Assembly (NCBI RefSeq): GCF_009914755.1 | Contig: NC_060925.1 | Direction: 5' to 3' (one strand) | DNA length: 64,000 nt | Source of the DNA: the human T2T-CHM13v2.0 reference genome, Homo sapiens | Position numbers and translations under genes: made by a program | In this document: piece after piece, positions 1-12,003 of the stretch | Layout: each line of letters opens with the position of its first letter | How positions within the stretch are numbered: the stretch's first letter is position 1 | The notes under the pieces: generated by a model | Seen by the model: only the letters and a program-made list of their open reading frames with translations | Database searches by the model: none | Told to the model about the DNA's origin: nothing

Positions 1-164
1 TGTGTTAAATAGCTGAAAAGATGGCTTTGGCTCTTAGAAATATTATTCTACATGGACTTTATGAAGAGTTAAAAGTAACTTTTATAACCTCTAGTTAAGT
101 CGGCTCTTGGTGGTGCTTTAGACTGGTGTTTAAACTCAAGTCCTTTCCTGTTTCTGTCCTTCAG

Positions 165-287
165 AACACAGTACTGTCTGCTTTGCTTGCAGTATGTAAT
201 TCTGCTGGTGAAGCTTTGGATACAGGAAAACAAACTGCAATTATCGAAGTTGTGAGTCAGCTTTGGGCTTTTTTAAACATTAAACAG
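165..287 (+). CDS. FIRRM: FIRRM/C1orf112 internal coding exon (NTVLSALL...LNIKQ)
   Basis: ttcag| acceptor and |gtaagg donor; 123 nt, phase 0-0; in frame with the following exons. Confidence 0.93.
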
Positions 288-1144
288 GTAAGGAAAGCAA
301 CTGATCCTTTCCTTATCAAAAAATAGAAAATATCAAAAAAAGAGGATTGTACTGAAATTTTCCAGTGTAGAGTAAAATGTATCTAATTCTTTTGGGTGCT
401 TGGTAGACCTTTATAAGAACTTAAAGTACCTGTACTCTCTCACGCAGCTTTTTCAGAGTGTGATAGCATTATATTAGTAAAATCAGAATACGTAATGTGA
501 TGGCAGTCCACCTACTTACTTTCCTAACTGGTTATACCCTTTCCCCACCTCCCCATCTCTTCCCCTATTGTTTCTGTTCTGTCTTAGGTTAATGTATCCT
601 ATTTCTGTAATTCTAGGACCTTTAATAAATCTTTTGGGCAATGGAGAGTGAGCTGACTTAAAGGTGGAAAGGGCTAGTGAATGGATGTGGCTAATTTGTA
701 TTTCTCTTTCCCAGCAAAGCCAAAAAGCCAAGTGATGATCTAAAACTAATGATATGCATCCCACACATGGTTGTACACGTGTTTCTTAGTTTGAAAATAT
801 AGCCTGTTTGTTTTCTTTGACTAAGTAGAAATTAACATTGGCCTCTGGCAGCTAGAGGAAGCTAAAGGCAACAGCCATACTTTTGGGAAATGATAGATAT
901 GATTTTACAGATAATGTTTTATTATTGTTTTTTATGGTCAGATTGCCCTACTGCAGTGTTTTGGCTTCAACAAATACTTTTCCTGATGTTCACAAATCAT
1001 TCAGTATTCATTCAGGATATCTGTGCTGGAGATATAGCTTACAATATTATAATGTAAACCAAAATTATGAAGAAGGGAAATGAAATTTTAAGATTACTAA
1101 GGAACATACAAGCCTTTCAGTGATAGACAAGTAATTAGATCCCT

Positions 1145-1375
1145 TTTAGACTTAAATTTGGATTTCAGTCACAGCTCTGCTTTTTGTCCTAGCCATGTGA
1201 TCTTGAACAAATTGTTTAACCTCTTTGACCCTGTTTTCTTATCAGTAAAGTGAAGGTAATAATATCTACCTCATAGAGCTGTTTTGTAAGGCATAAATGA
1301 GGTAATAAATATAAAATACTTAACATATTACCTGATATATAATAAATGCTCAATAAAAGCTTGCTATTATTATTC
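1145..1375 (+). mobile_element. MIR SINE
   Basis: Core resembling tgtgaccttgggcaagttacttaacctct...tacctcatag...aatgctcaataaa. Confidence 0.75.
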
Positions 1376-1421
1376 TTATGTGATTGAAAATTTTTCTTCA
1401 AAATTACTTTGTGTTTCTTAG

Positions 1422-1517
1422 GTAGCAGATCAACCTTATGTTCAACAGACATTCAGCCTTTTACTTCCACTGTTGGGATTTTTCATTCAAACTCTAGATC
1501 CTAAACTGATACTTCAG
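1422..1517 (+). CDS. FIRRM: FIRRM coding exon (VADQPYVQ...KLILQ)
   Basis: tttcttag| ... |gtaaga; 96 nt, open, phase 0-0. Confidence 0.93.
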
Positions 1518-2624
1518 GTAAGAATAATGACCAGATTGATACTTTGTTTGCTAAGGAGGTTGCTAAAACTGCTATCATGTAAAATAACTTTCTAGAAATA
1601 GTTCCTTTAAACCTCCTCTTGTTGTGTCATATATTGACTTGTCTTCATCAAGGATATCTCATTTCTCTTTCTTCCTTACAGTATTGTTAATATATGGCGC
1701 TGTTAATTCAGCCTTTATCTGTTCTTCTCTGTCACCCTATACTGAGCAGTCAATACTTTTTGTTATTACTGTTAACTACCCACTGCAAACCCCTGAGGTT
1801 AGGAGTCATAGTTCATGTGTTGAACCCTGCATTCATAGCAGTTTCAAAAGCATTTCAGCAGCTGTGGGAATGTGGAATCTAACCAGTGTGTATTAAAAGA
1901 TAGCACCTATTGTTTCTTTGAAAAAATAAAATTATTTTGAAAGAAGAGCACTGCTGAATTTCCTCTTTGGCCTCCAACTTACATGGCTAGGACAGGCAGA
2001 GCCTGGGTCACTGTCTAGGGAACCCTTGTGGTGCCTCAGCTGTGCCTTTCTTTTGGAAGTTCTAAGATGACAGAGAAAGTGGAAAAGCCCTTCAGCTAAA
2101 CTGAAGTGATTTAGAGGCTTTGGAATGAGTCCATACTAGACAGAATTGATGCCCCAAATTAAGAGTTAGCTTAAGCTCAGGGTCAGGTAAGAAAGATAAA
2201 CAATAACTGTTAAGAGGAGAAACTACCCTTCTTATTTATGAAGATGATCGAAGAGATGATTCCTGTCACAGTATGTGGTGGAACAGAAAGGAATGAAACT
2301 AGTAACAGCTTTGCTTTTAGTAGCTGTTTTTAATGGTGTATGTATATGAAGAAGTTAGCAATAACAAGTATGTCCTATACCATATGTATAACATGGATTT
2401 TACTAAGTTATAAAGAGTCAGAATACAGTAATTAACTCATTGAATGCAACAATTTGATTCTGATTCTGAAAGCTCTAATATTTTTAGAAAAAATACAATA
2501 ATTTTGATATAATGTGCCTACCTTTAAAAAACCCAAATAAAGTTCTAAAATTTCTAAATAAGTAGATTGTTCAAAGGGTATTGCTTCCTTTATAAAAGAT
2601 TTCACCTCAAGATTCTTTTAAATT

Positions 2625-2805
2625 GGGGGTTTGCAGATTATGGCCTTCTGTCTAAATTTTGCCCTCCTGTTTTCAGCCCAAGAGCTAGGCATGAATTTTA
2701 AAGGTTTGCAAAATAAAAAATAATATGTAACAGAGAACATGTTGCCTACAAAGCCTAAAATACTTACTATTTGGCCTGTTAGAGAAAAAGCTTACCAGTC
2801 CTTGC
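2625..2805. mobile_element. MER58-like hAT MITE
   Basis: aaagcctaaaatacttactatttggcc...agaaaaag motif. Confidence 0.6.
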
Positions 2806-2840
2806 TAAATAATGAACTTCTCTCAATAGAATTTTAAATA

Positions 2841-5139
2841 CAGGCATACCACAGAGAGATTACAGGTTGTGTTCCAGACCACCACAATAAAGTGAGTGAG
2901 TCACATGAATTTTTTGGCTTCCCAGTGCATACAGAAGTTATGTTTACACTATACTGTAGGTTGTGTATAATAGCATTATGTGTAAAAAATGTACATAATT
3001 AAAAAACACTTTATTGCTAAAAACACTAATGATCATATAAGCCTTCAGCAAAACATAATCTTTTTGGTAGTGGAGGGTCTTGCTTCAGTGTGGATGGCTG
3101 CTAACCCATCAGGATGGTGGTTGCTGAAGGTTAGGGTGGTTGTGGCAATTTCTTGAAATACGACAATGAAGTCTGCCACATCAATTGACTCTTCCCTTCA
3201 TGAAAGATTTCTCTGTAGCATGTGATGCTGTTTGATGGTATTTTACCCACAGTAAAACTTCTTTCAAAATTAGAGTCAATCTTCTCAAATCCTGCTAGTG
3301 CTTTAATAACTCAGTTTATGTAATACTCTAAATTCTTTGTTTTCATTTCAACAATGTTCACACCATCTTCTATACCAGGAGTAGTTATGTGTCAAGAAAC
3401 CACTTTCTTTGCTCATTCATGAGAAGCAACTCCTCTTCCATTCAAGTTTGATCATGAGATTGCAGCAATTCAGTCACATCTTCAGGATCTACTTCTAGTT
3501 TGCTAGCTATTTCTACCACATCTGCAGTTACTTCCTCCACGGTAGGCTTGAACCCCCCAAAGTCATCCATGAGGGATGGAATCAACTTCTAATTCCTGTT
3601 AATGTTGATATTTTGACCTCCTCCAAATGAATCATGAATGTTTTTCATGGCATCTGAAATGATGACTCCTTCCCAGAAGGTTTTCAATTTACTTTGTCCA
3701 GGTTCATCAGAGGAATCACTATCCATGGCAGCTATAGCCTTATAAAACGTATTTCTTAAACAGTAAGACTTGAAAGTCACAATTATTCCTTGATTGATGG
3801 GCTGCAGAATGACTGTTGTATTAACAAACATGAAAACAATATTCATCTCCTTACACGTCTCCTTCAGAGCGCCTGGTTGAGCAGGTGCATTGTCAATGAG
3901 CAGTATATTTTGAAAGAAATCTTTTTTTCTGAGCAGTAGGCCTCTCAATAGTGGGCCAAAAAATATTCAGTAAACAGTGATATAAACAGGTATGCCATCA
4001 TCCTGGCTTTGTTGTTCCATTGATAGAGTACATGCAGAGTAGATTTAGCAGAATTCTTAAGGGCCTTAGGATTTTTTTAATAGTAAGTGAACATTGGCTT
4101 CAACTTCAGCAGCTGCATTAGCCCCCAAGAAGAGAGTCTGTCCTTTGAGCTTTGAAGCCAGGCATTGACTTCACCCCTCTAGCTATGAAAATCCTAGGTA
4201 GCATCTTCTTCCAATAGAATGGTGTTTCCTCTACATTAAAAATATATTGTTTAATGCAACCACTTCCATCAGTGATCTTAGCCAGATCTTCTGGATAATT
4301 GACTGCAGCTTCTTCATCAGCACTTGTTGCTTCACCTTGTGCTTTTGTGTTACGGAGATTGCTTCTTAAACTTCACGGGTCAACCTCATTAGCATCAAAC
4401 ATTTCTTCTGCAGCTTTTTCAGCTCTCAGCTTTCACAGAATTGGAGAGAGGGCCTGGCTTTGGATTTGGCTTTGGCTTAAAGGAATATTGTGGCTGGTTT
4501 GATCTATCCAGACCACTAAAACTTTCCACATCAACAATAAGACTTTCCGTGTTCATTGGAATAGCATTTTTCATTTCCTTCAAGAACTTTTCCTTTGCAT
4601 TCACGACTTGGCTAACTTGCAAAAGAGGCCTAGCTTTTCACCTCTCTTGACTTTTGACAGCACCAGGCTGAATTATCTTTAGCTTTTGATTTAAAGTGAG
4701 AGATGAGATTATACTTTTCACTCGAACACTTAAGAGGCCATTTTAGGGTTAATTTTAATATTGTGTCTCAGGGAATAGGGAAGCCCAAGGAGAGGGGGAG
4801 AGACTGGTGACCTACCTGTTGGTAGAACAGTCACAACACACAATTTATTATATTTGCCATCTTATAGGGGCACAGTTTGTGGTGCTCCAAAACAATGACA
4901 ATAGTAACATCAAAGATCACAAATCAGCATAATAAAATCCTAATGAACAAGTTGAAATATTGCAGGAATTACCAATCTGTGACAGCCATGAAGTGAACAC
5001 ATGCTGTTGCAGAAATGGTACAGGTAGACTTGTTCAGTACAGAGTTGCCACACACCTTATATTTCTAAAAAAAAAAAAAAAAAAAAAAAAGCAGTATCTT
5101 CAAATTGCAATAAATCAAAGCACAATAAAATACTGTTTG
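2841..5139 (-). mobile_element. Near-full-length Tigger1 DNA transposon with decayed transposase
   Basis: CAGGCATACC terminus after TA; degenerate opposite terminus followed by TA; ORF 3589..3948 LLIDNAP...NTT..LQP.NQG is a pogo-type DDE fragment. Confidence 0.9.
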
Positions 5140-5439
5140 TACAAAATATGTTTTAAAGGTTTGGTATATAAAGTTTTTCAGAAACATGTATACTTTTATT
5201 TTTTACGTGGTTGGAGGCAGGAGGGTGTGGTAAGAATAATGCTTTAACTGTTAACTTGTTCATAGGATTGTCTTATTTAAATTCTACCAGTGAAGTTCAG
5301 GGGCTGTGGTGTGTTTGTTTTTTTCTGGGTTTGGTTTTGTTTCCCCTCCCCACATTTCCATCCAAATCTTAGGCAGTTATTGTGTCTGTACAAAATACTG
5401 GTATTATTTATAACTGTTCTTTGGTCTTCACCTCTGTAG

Positions 5440-5553
5440 GCAGTAACTTTGCAGACCTCGCTACTTAAATTAGAGCTTCCTGACTATGTTCGTTTGGCAA
5501 TGTTGGATTTTGTATCTTCTTTAGGAAAACTTTTTATACCTGAAGCTATCCAG
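5440..5553 (+). CDS. FIRRM: FIRRM coding exon (AVTLQTSL...PEAIQ)
   Basis: ctctgtag| ... |gtaata; 114 nt, open. Confidence 0.93.
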
Positions 5554-6664
5554 GTAATATTGCTTAACTCTGTTCTTGTATTATTAAAACAAAATCTCTA
5601 TAAGAGTTAGTGATTAAGGGATTTTTAGGCTTTTTCTGAAATTTTGCAATTACTGACAAAGTTGGAAAAAAAAAACTATGTTCCAGACAGATTATAAAAT
5701 CTATTTATAACTTATAATACAACTCATTTTAAGTTCTTTTCTTTTAGAAAAATATATGTTGATACACAAATAATTAGTTGGCTGTAGTCTACCATATTAG
5801 ATTCTTATTCCAGTTGGGTTCTAATACATAGTTCCTGTGTATTTGTCTTATAGGGAACAGCATGTAATTAGGAAATTTGGTAATTTATTAAAGTTATTCT
5901 CTTCGTTTTTTATCCATGAAAGAGAACCTGTTTTTAAAGACGATATTTTTGAAAGTGTTGCAAAATATGTATAGCTGACAAATAGATTATTTATAAAATT
6001 ATACTGCACTGGCCTGGCAATACACATCTACTGAATTTTAAAACCTCAGTAAATGTATATTACCAGGCCAGTACATAATTTAAAGAACTTACAGCAAAGA
6101 GATCTTCATAAATTGAGAATTACGCCTTCCTTATTACTATAGTCAAAATTTAGTAATTCTAGTAATTGACACTTCAATCTCCAAGGGAGAGACTATAAAG
6201 AGTTCACTAATGAGAACTTTCTTACATAATTAAAGCAAACACATGATAGACAGTATCTCAGAACATGTAGATTAAACTCTTTGAAACCAAAAATTTAATT
6301 TCTAAGGGGCTCTTTTATTTGTTCATAAGTTAACAGTATCCCATCTGTCTCCATCATGTTAAGGTTTTATTTCATGAGATAAGCATAGAATGTTGACAGC
6401 TTTTCAGCTCTCTTGACAAAAATATCCAAAGACACTTGGCATCTGAGCTGTCTTCTTTTTACCATGAAATAAATCTATTCCAAAATGCTGCTTCATTTGT
6501 GAACCACTATGGACTATGCACGGGCCTAGAAATTATGAAACAAATGTTTTATAAGCAGAAATCGCAGTGCCTTCTGTATTCCCAGGAGTGAGGTCAAGAC
6601 CTGAAGAAATTTTTGAGATTCATCAGAACATAGGAGGCATTTAAAGCCATGAAATGAGATTGAC

Positions 6665-7130
6665 TGATTTATCCATTCGGGAAAGATTACGTTTTTGCTG
6701 TACCCAGTGCTGTTTTAATCATTGGCAATGCAGTAATGAACCAAACTAATAAATCCCCACTGTTAGCCTGTTTAGAGGCAATAAACAATAACAACATGGT
6801 GATATGTGCAGTATATTAAATGGTGGTGAGTGCTATGGAGAAAAATAAAGCAGGGAAGGAAGATAGGGAATATGAATGTGGGGGTCCAATTTGAAATGGG
6901 ATATATAGTTAGTGAAGTCCTCACCAAGGTGACATGCAAGTAAAAACCTGAAATGCAAAGCACTGGAGATGGGAGCATGCCTCATATTCAGGGAAGCAAG
7001 TATAGCTAACACAAAGGTAGCAGGACTTTGCAGGTCATTTGAGGACTTTGGCTTTCACTAACAAGGGAAATAGGGAGCTACTGGAAGGATTTGAGTAAAA
7101 GAGTGACATTACCTAATATGTTTTAGTGTG
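6665..7130 (-). mobile_element. L2 LINE fragment
   Basis: Degenerate match to the antisense L2 3' region; boundaries approximate. Confidence 0.55.
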
Positions 7131-7249
7131 TGTCCCCTGGGACAGGATTATGTTAACTTGACAACACTGGGCTTATTGAATGTATGGCTATTTTATGATT
7201 ATCTATTATGGTTTCTTTTCTCTATTATAATAAGGCTTGGTTCTTTTAG

Positions 7250-7354
7250 GACAGAATTCTGCCCAACCTGTCCTGTATGTTTGCCTTACTGCTAGCTGAC
7301 AGGAGTTGGCTGCTAGAACAACATACCTTGGAGGCGTTTACTCAGTTCGCTGAG
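7250..7354 (+). CDS. FIRRM: FIRRM coding exon (DRILPNLS...TQFAE)
   Basis: ttcttttag| ... |gtaatt; 105 nt; overlaps ORF 7277..7474. Confidence 0.93.
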
Positions 7355-8014
7355 GTAATTATAAAACTGATTTATCACAGTGACTTTCAAACCATTTTAA
7401 TATTTCAAATATTCCAGAACAATCCCAAAACATTTATTGAACTGCTTCTGTATTGCAATCGGAAAATTGTCTGAAGGGTACATTACTCGTTATCTCTTTT
7501 ACAGCTTCTCAAAATGAGGCTTAGATAAATGAAGTGAATTTCGTAAGGTCCTCTGAATAAACAAGGACCAGAACAGGCATACACAGCAGGCCTACTGATA
7601 CAGACAGACACAGACACAGTCTTCCAGCAGATAGTATTTTTGGGTCAAATGATAATACATTTCATTTTGTGCTATCAGTCATAAGGGTTAGGCTGATGAA
7701 CCTAAACCTGTAAGATGGGTTGCTCCTTTACTCTTACTGCATTTGCTGTATAGTCATGCCTATGATCATAAGGGAGTCCAGAAGCATTAGTATGACCCAG
7801 CAGAAGTAATTAAAGCTTACAACACTTGTACAGAAGTTAATTTTGTATTATCCTTAGGGACCCTGAAGGAATCATGAGTTTATCACCTTTGAAGATCCTC
7901 TGGGACTCTTACTTAAAATGAATTTTTGGTTAAGGTAGCTCATAAAACTCATCTATTTGTCTTTGCAAGTTGTTGAAATGTTAAAATTGGTCTTGTTCAT
8001 CAATTTTTTAATAG

Positions 8015-8095
8015 GGAACAAATCATGAAGAGATAGTTCCACAGTGTCTCAGTTCTGAAGAAACTAAGAACAAAGTTGTATCCTTTCTGGAGAAG
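8015..8095 (+). CDS. FIRRM: FIRRM coding exon (GTNHEEIV...SFLEK)
   Basis: ttttaatag| ... |gtactt; 81 nt, open. Confidence 0.92.
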
Positions 8096-8265
8096 GTACT
8101 TTCTTTACATGGCTCATGTTTTATTCTTTGTCCTATTTTTTTTTTTCCGAAATTATGTAACTGTAACCAACCTGAGTGTCTTCTTAGCTTAAACTTTTCA
8201 CAGTGCTGAGCACGGTGCTGACGACTTTTACTAAGCAATTGAGGCCACAGAAGTAAAACACTTGG

Positions 8266-8617
<352 letters not shown>

Positions 8618-9087
8618 CTAATGAGGATCCCTAAGCTATTAATAATCATAATTAAATACACTTGATCACATAATTAGGTAGGCCTGAGAAGAGGATGTTT
8701 ACTACCATATTTTGGGTATAATTTAGGCATGGCTTTTTTTTTTTTTTTTTTTTTTTTGGCAGCCTCCCAAGCCAGGGTAAGCTCAGGGCCCTTTTTTTTT
8801 TTTTTTTTTGGCATGGCTTTTTTATTCTCTTTGCAGCCAAGACCTGTTTTTACAATTAAAACCAAAATTTTGAATCACAAGGTTCCTATGTCTATGCATA
8901 CTTGGGAACTTAGTGTGAGGAAATAATAGTTAATTGAAATACTAGTGGAACTGTTAAACCACAAATTTAGACTACCAGGAGAAACTGAATTATTTGATAT
9001 ATTACATGTAATGATGCACGTTATATATTTTACATATATTACATATATATTTTTTTAGGTGAAATGGGCCCACTTGACTCACTGAAC

Positions 9088-9233
9088 TTTATTTTTTAGA
9101 CAGAGTCTCGCTCTGTCGCCCAGATTGGAGTGTGGTGGTGTGATCATAGCTCGCTATAACCTCAAACTCCTGGGCTCAAGCATTCCTCCCACCAAAGTCC
9201 TGGGATTAGAGGCATGAGCCACCACACTTGGCC
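9088..9233 (-). mobile_element. Alu monomer/fragment (FLAM/AluJ-like)
   Basis: Alu motifs with internal deletion. Confidence 0.8.
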
Positions 9234-9552
9234 TACTTATATTACATCTAAGCTGGATTTTAAGTACATGTGTATACACTGCTGTTGCCAGTTTCTTAGC
9301 TTATACAGTAAAGGTTAGCAGACTATCATTTTTTCCTGCAAAGACAACTCTATAACTAACTATTTTGTAAGGAAGAACACAGTAGAGTGATTTAATCCAG
9401 ATTATACTAAGAGTATTTATAGATCAGTCCATGTGACTTCCAGAATTTGCCTAGTATGGTTGAACACTCAGCACTTAAATTATGTGGCCATTTCATATCT
9501 AGTAGAGTGCTAACATGTTGCTATTTGCTTGGTTTTTCATGGTCCCTGGCAG

Positions 9553-9672
9553 ACTGGGTTTGTAGATGAAACTGAAGCTGCCAAAGTGGAACGTGTGAAA
9601 CAGGAAAAAGGTATTTTCTGGGAACCCTTTGCTAATGTGACTGTAGAAGAAGCAAAGAGGTCATCTTTACAG
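9553..9672 (+). CDS. FIRRM: FIRRM penultimate coding exon (TGFVDETE...RSSLQ)
   Basis: ccctggcag| ... |gtatgg; 120 nt; within ORF 9529..9789. Confidence 0.92.
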
Positions 9673-10518
9673 GTATGGGCTGATTTCAATAGGGGCCAAA
9701 CTTTAACAAGGCAAATTCTGCCCTTTTTACTTACTGACGAAACAAACCAGTGTGGTTTCCAGCCTTATGCTGAATTTCAAATCAAATAGATCTAGACATG
9801 TAAAATTCTGTTTTATGGTAGTTGCTTTTAAAATTAAGAAGTGGGACTACACCATATCAAATATATTCTTTCAGTATGTTTGAATTATTGGTAGTAACCT
9901 TTAAGGGAAGTTACATATTGTACCAGTGATGCTATAAATGCAGTCTTTACTGAACCACAGAAGAAAATGAAAGAAACTTACTCCTAAATGTTTAGTTTGA
10001 TTCCTTGCCTTATTAATCAAATGAGTCTCCTAATAATTTTTGGCAGTAACTGAAGATCACATCTACTTATTAAAAGGCAGAACTTGACACCAATAAGGAT
10101 ATTCAAAATATTGTTTTGAGCACTATTAGTATAGTATAGTAGTAATTCATGAAGAACAACATTCTGATAAGTTTTAGTCAAACTCTCATAAAAAGAAAAT
10201 ACATTTATGAACTTGTTTATAAGACATGTAAGCTTGGACTATGCAGCACTTCTCATTGGGAGCCCTTTGGGACAGGATACTTGTTGTATACCACATACAA
10301 ACTAAGACACTGGTAGTAGCACTCTGAATTGCTATGATAAACCAAAATGCCTTTACATATTTTTCTAGATGACTGTGTAGGGGTTTTGGGGTGCATCCTC
10401 CTACCCTTGTGATCCAATGACTAGAATAAAATTTGCATGTAAGCTTTACTCCAGTCCAAAAGGAAGGTTCTTTATATTTAGAATGGATATTGTGATATTA
10501 CTTATGTTTTTTTTCCAG

Positions 10519-10716
10519 CCTTATGCAAAAAGAGCTCGTCAGGAGTTCCCCTGGGAAGAAGAGTACAGGTCAGCGCTGCATACAATAGCAGGGGCTTTGG
10601 AAGCAACTGAGTCACTACTCCAAAAGGGTCCTGCTCCAGCCTGGCTTTCAATGGAAATGGAGGCGCTCCAAGAAAGGATGGATAAGCTAAAACGTTACAT
10701 ACATACTCTAGGGTGA
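10519..10716 (+). CDS. FIRRM: FIRRM terminal coding exon (PYAKRARQ...YIHTLG*)
   Basis: ttttttccag| acceptor; TGA at 10714-10716; recognised as the C1orf112 C-terminus. Confidence 0.94.
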   Translation, partial: PYAKRARQEFPWEEEYRSALHTIAGALEATESLLQKGPAPAWLSMEMEALQERMDKLKRYIHTLG

Positions 10717-10791
10717 AACTTATCACTAGGCAGAACTGGGTTTGATGCTTTGTCAACTGAAAATACTTATGTCTGTACATTTTCTAACAGA

Positions 10792-10976
10792 TATAAAACA
10801 AATTTTGTAAAGTTGAATCTAGTGAAAATAATCTTTATTTGACATTTAGAGAACAGGATTGTGGGGAATATTCTTATTAAGAACTTTGGTACAATGTACT
10901 ACATGTGGAACAGTCAGGAACTGCCTAGGTCCACAAAGAACCATTTACTCAGATAGTCTAACTGTAAACAAATAAA
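10792..10976 (+). terminator. Candidate FIRRM poly(A) signals (TATAAA 10792-10797; AATAAA 10971-10976)
   Basis: Hexamers downstream of the stop codon; TGTA element at 10774-10777. Confidence 0.55.
10834..10839 (-). terminator. SCYL3 poly(A) signal AATAAA
   Basis: tttatt on + strand, ~600 nt downstream of the SCYL3 stop codon. Confidence 0.75.
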
Positions 10977-11441
10977 TAAGCTGCCTAAGGAAACCTCAGC
11001 AATTTAAAATCATTTATATAATTTATAGCTAAAATTTTTTAAAGTTGTATTTCATAATAGAGCTTACTCTTATGTTAAAGAATGGCACAAAATTAAGCTA
11101 ACCAGCTTGAATTACATTTTCTTTACTTCCAGAATTGTCCTGGAAAAAGCAGTAAATTCGACCTCTCCTCAGCTACTTGCTCTTCATAGAAACTGGCCTC
11201 AGTCAAATGCACAAAGGCTCTTCCTCCTGGAAACCAGTACTGTGAGCCTCACCACCCAGGGCTTTTAGCCAGCACTCACAGTCAGTCTCCTACTTCAGTT
11301 GGCACAGACTGGATAATGAGCTCCTGGGATGGGAAAAGCAGGCCACTTTGGGGTTTTCTTGTCCCAAAGCCTGCTTTTGAGGTATTGATTTTTTTTAAAA
11401 AAAGGGAATCCTTTTTCCTAAAGTTTAACTCACATCTATTG

Positions 11442-11501
11442 TCACCAGTTATTATCTTCCCAGTTCAGCTCCCCTTCTTCTTCCCAGCCTTCAGCCTCTC
11501 C
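11442..11501 (-). CDS. SCYL3: SCYL3 exon 14 coding part (GEAEGWEEEGELNWEDNNW*)
   Basis: ttgttgcag| acceptor; TGA at 11442-11444; 60 nt. Confidence 0.95.
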   Translation of the reverse strand, partial: GEAEGWEEEGELNWEDNNW

Positions 11502-12003
11502 CTGCAACAAAATAAAGCACACCAAGAACCCACTGAAACAAATCATATGCAAAAATCATACGCAAATTTGAAAAAGCAGGAATTTAAAATTTATCTTTTG
11601 ATGCCAGAAACACTACCTCGTACTAAGTAAAATAACTTAGAGCTCTAACAGAAAGTTGAAAAGTAGGATTACAAAACCATGGCACTGGAAAATAGCTTTT
11701 CAAAAACCATAAAATCCAGTAAAAATCAGTGTGGATGACACCAAATCCTTATTTTAATCCCTTTTTTTTCTTTTTCAAATAAAAAGGTTACAATAGCTCA
11801 TTAAACAAACTAAGCATTGCTACATTTTTCTGGGGGAAGGAAAGATAGATACCAATGATAGAAACTGATTTTGTTAATTTTGTGCTTGACTTGACTTGAC
11901 TAGGAAAATAGCATGTTGCTTGTTATAAATGGGATACTGCAACTAGGACCTATGAGGGAAATCCTAAAGCTAGTAGCACAGTTTACTCCATAAAAGTACT
12001 CAC

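Noticed and set aside
8652-8926. Poly-Lys/poly-Phe ORFs
   Set aside because: Translations of the homopolymer tracts of the micro-insertion
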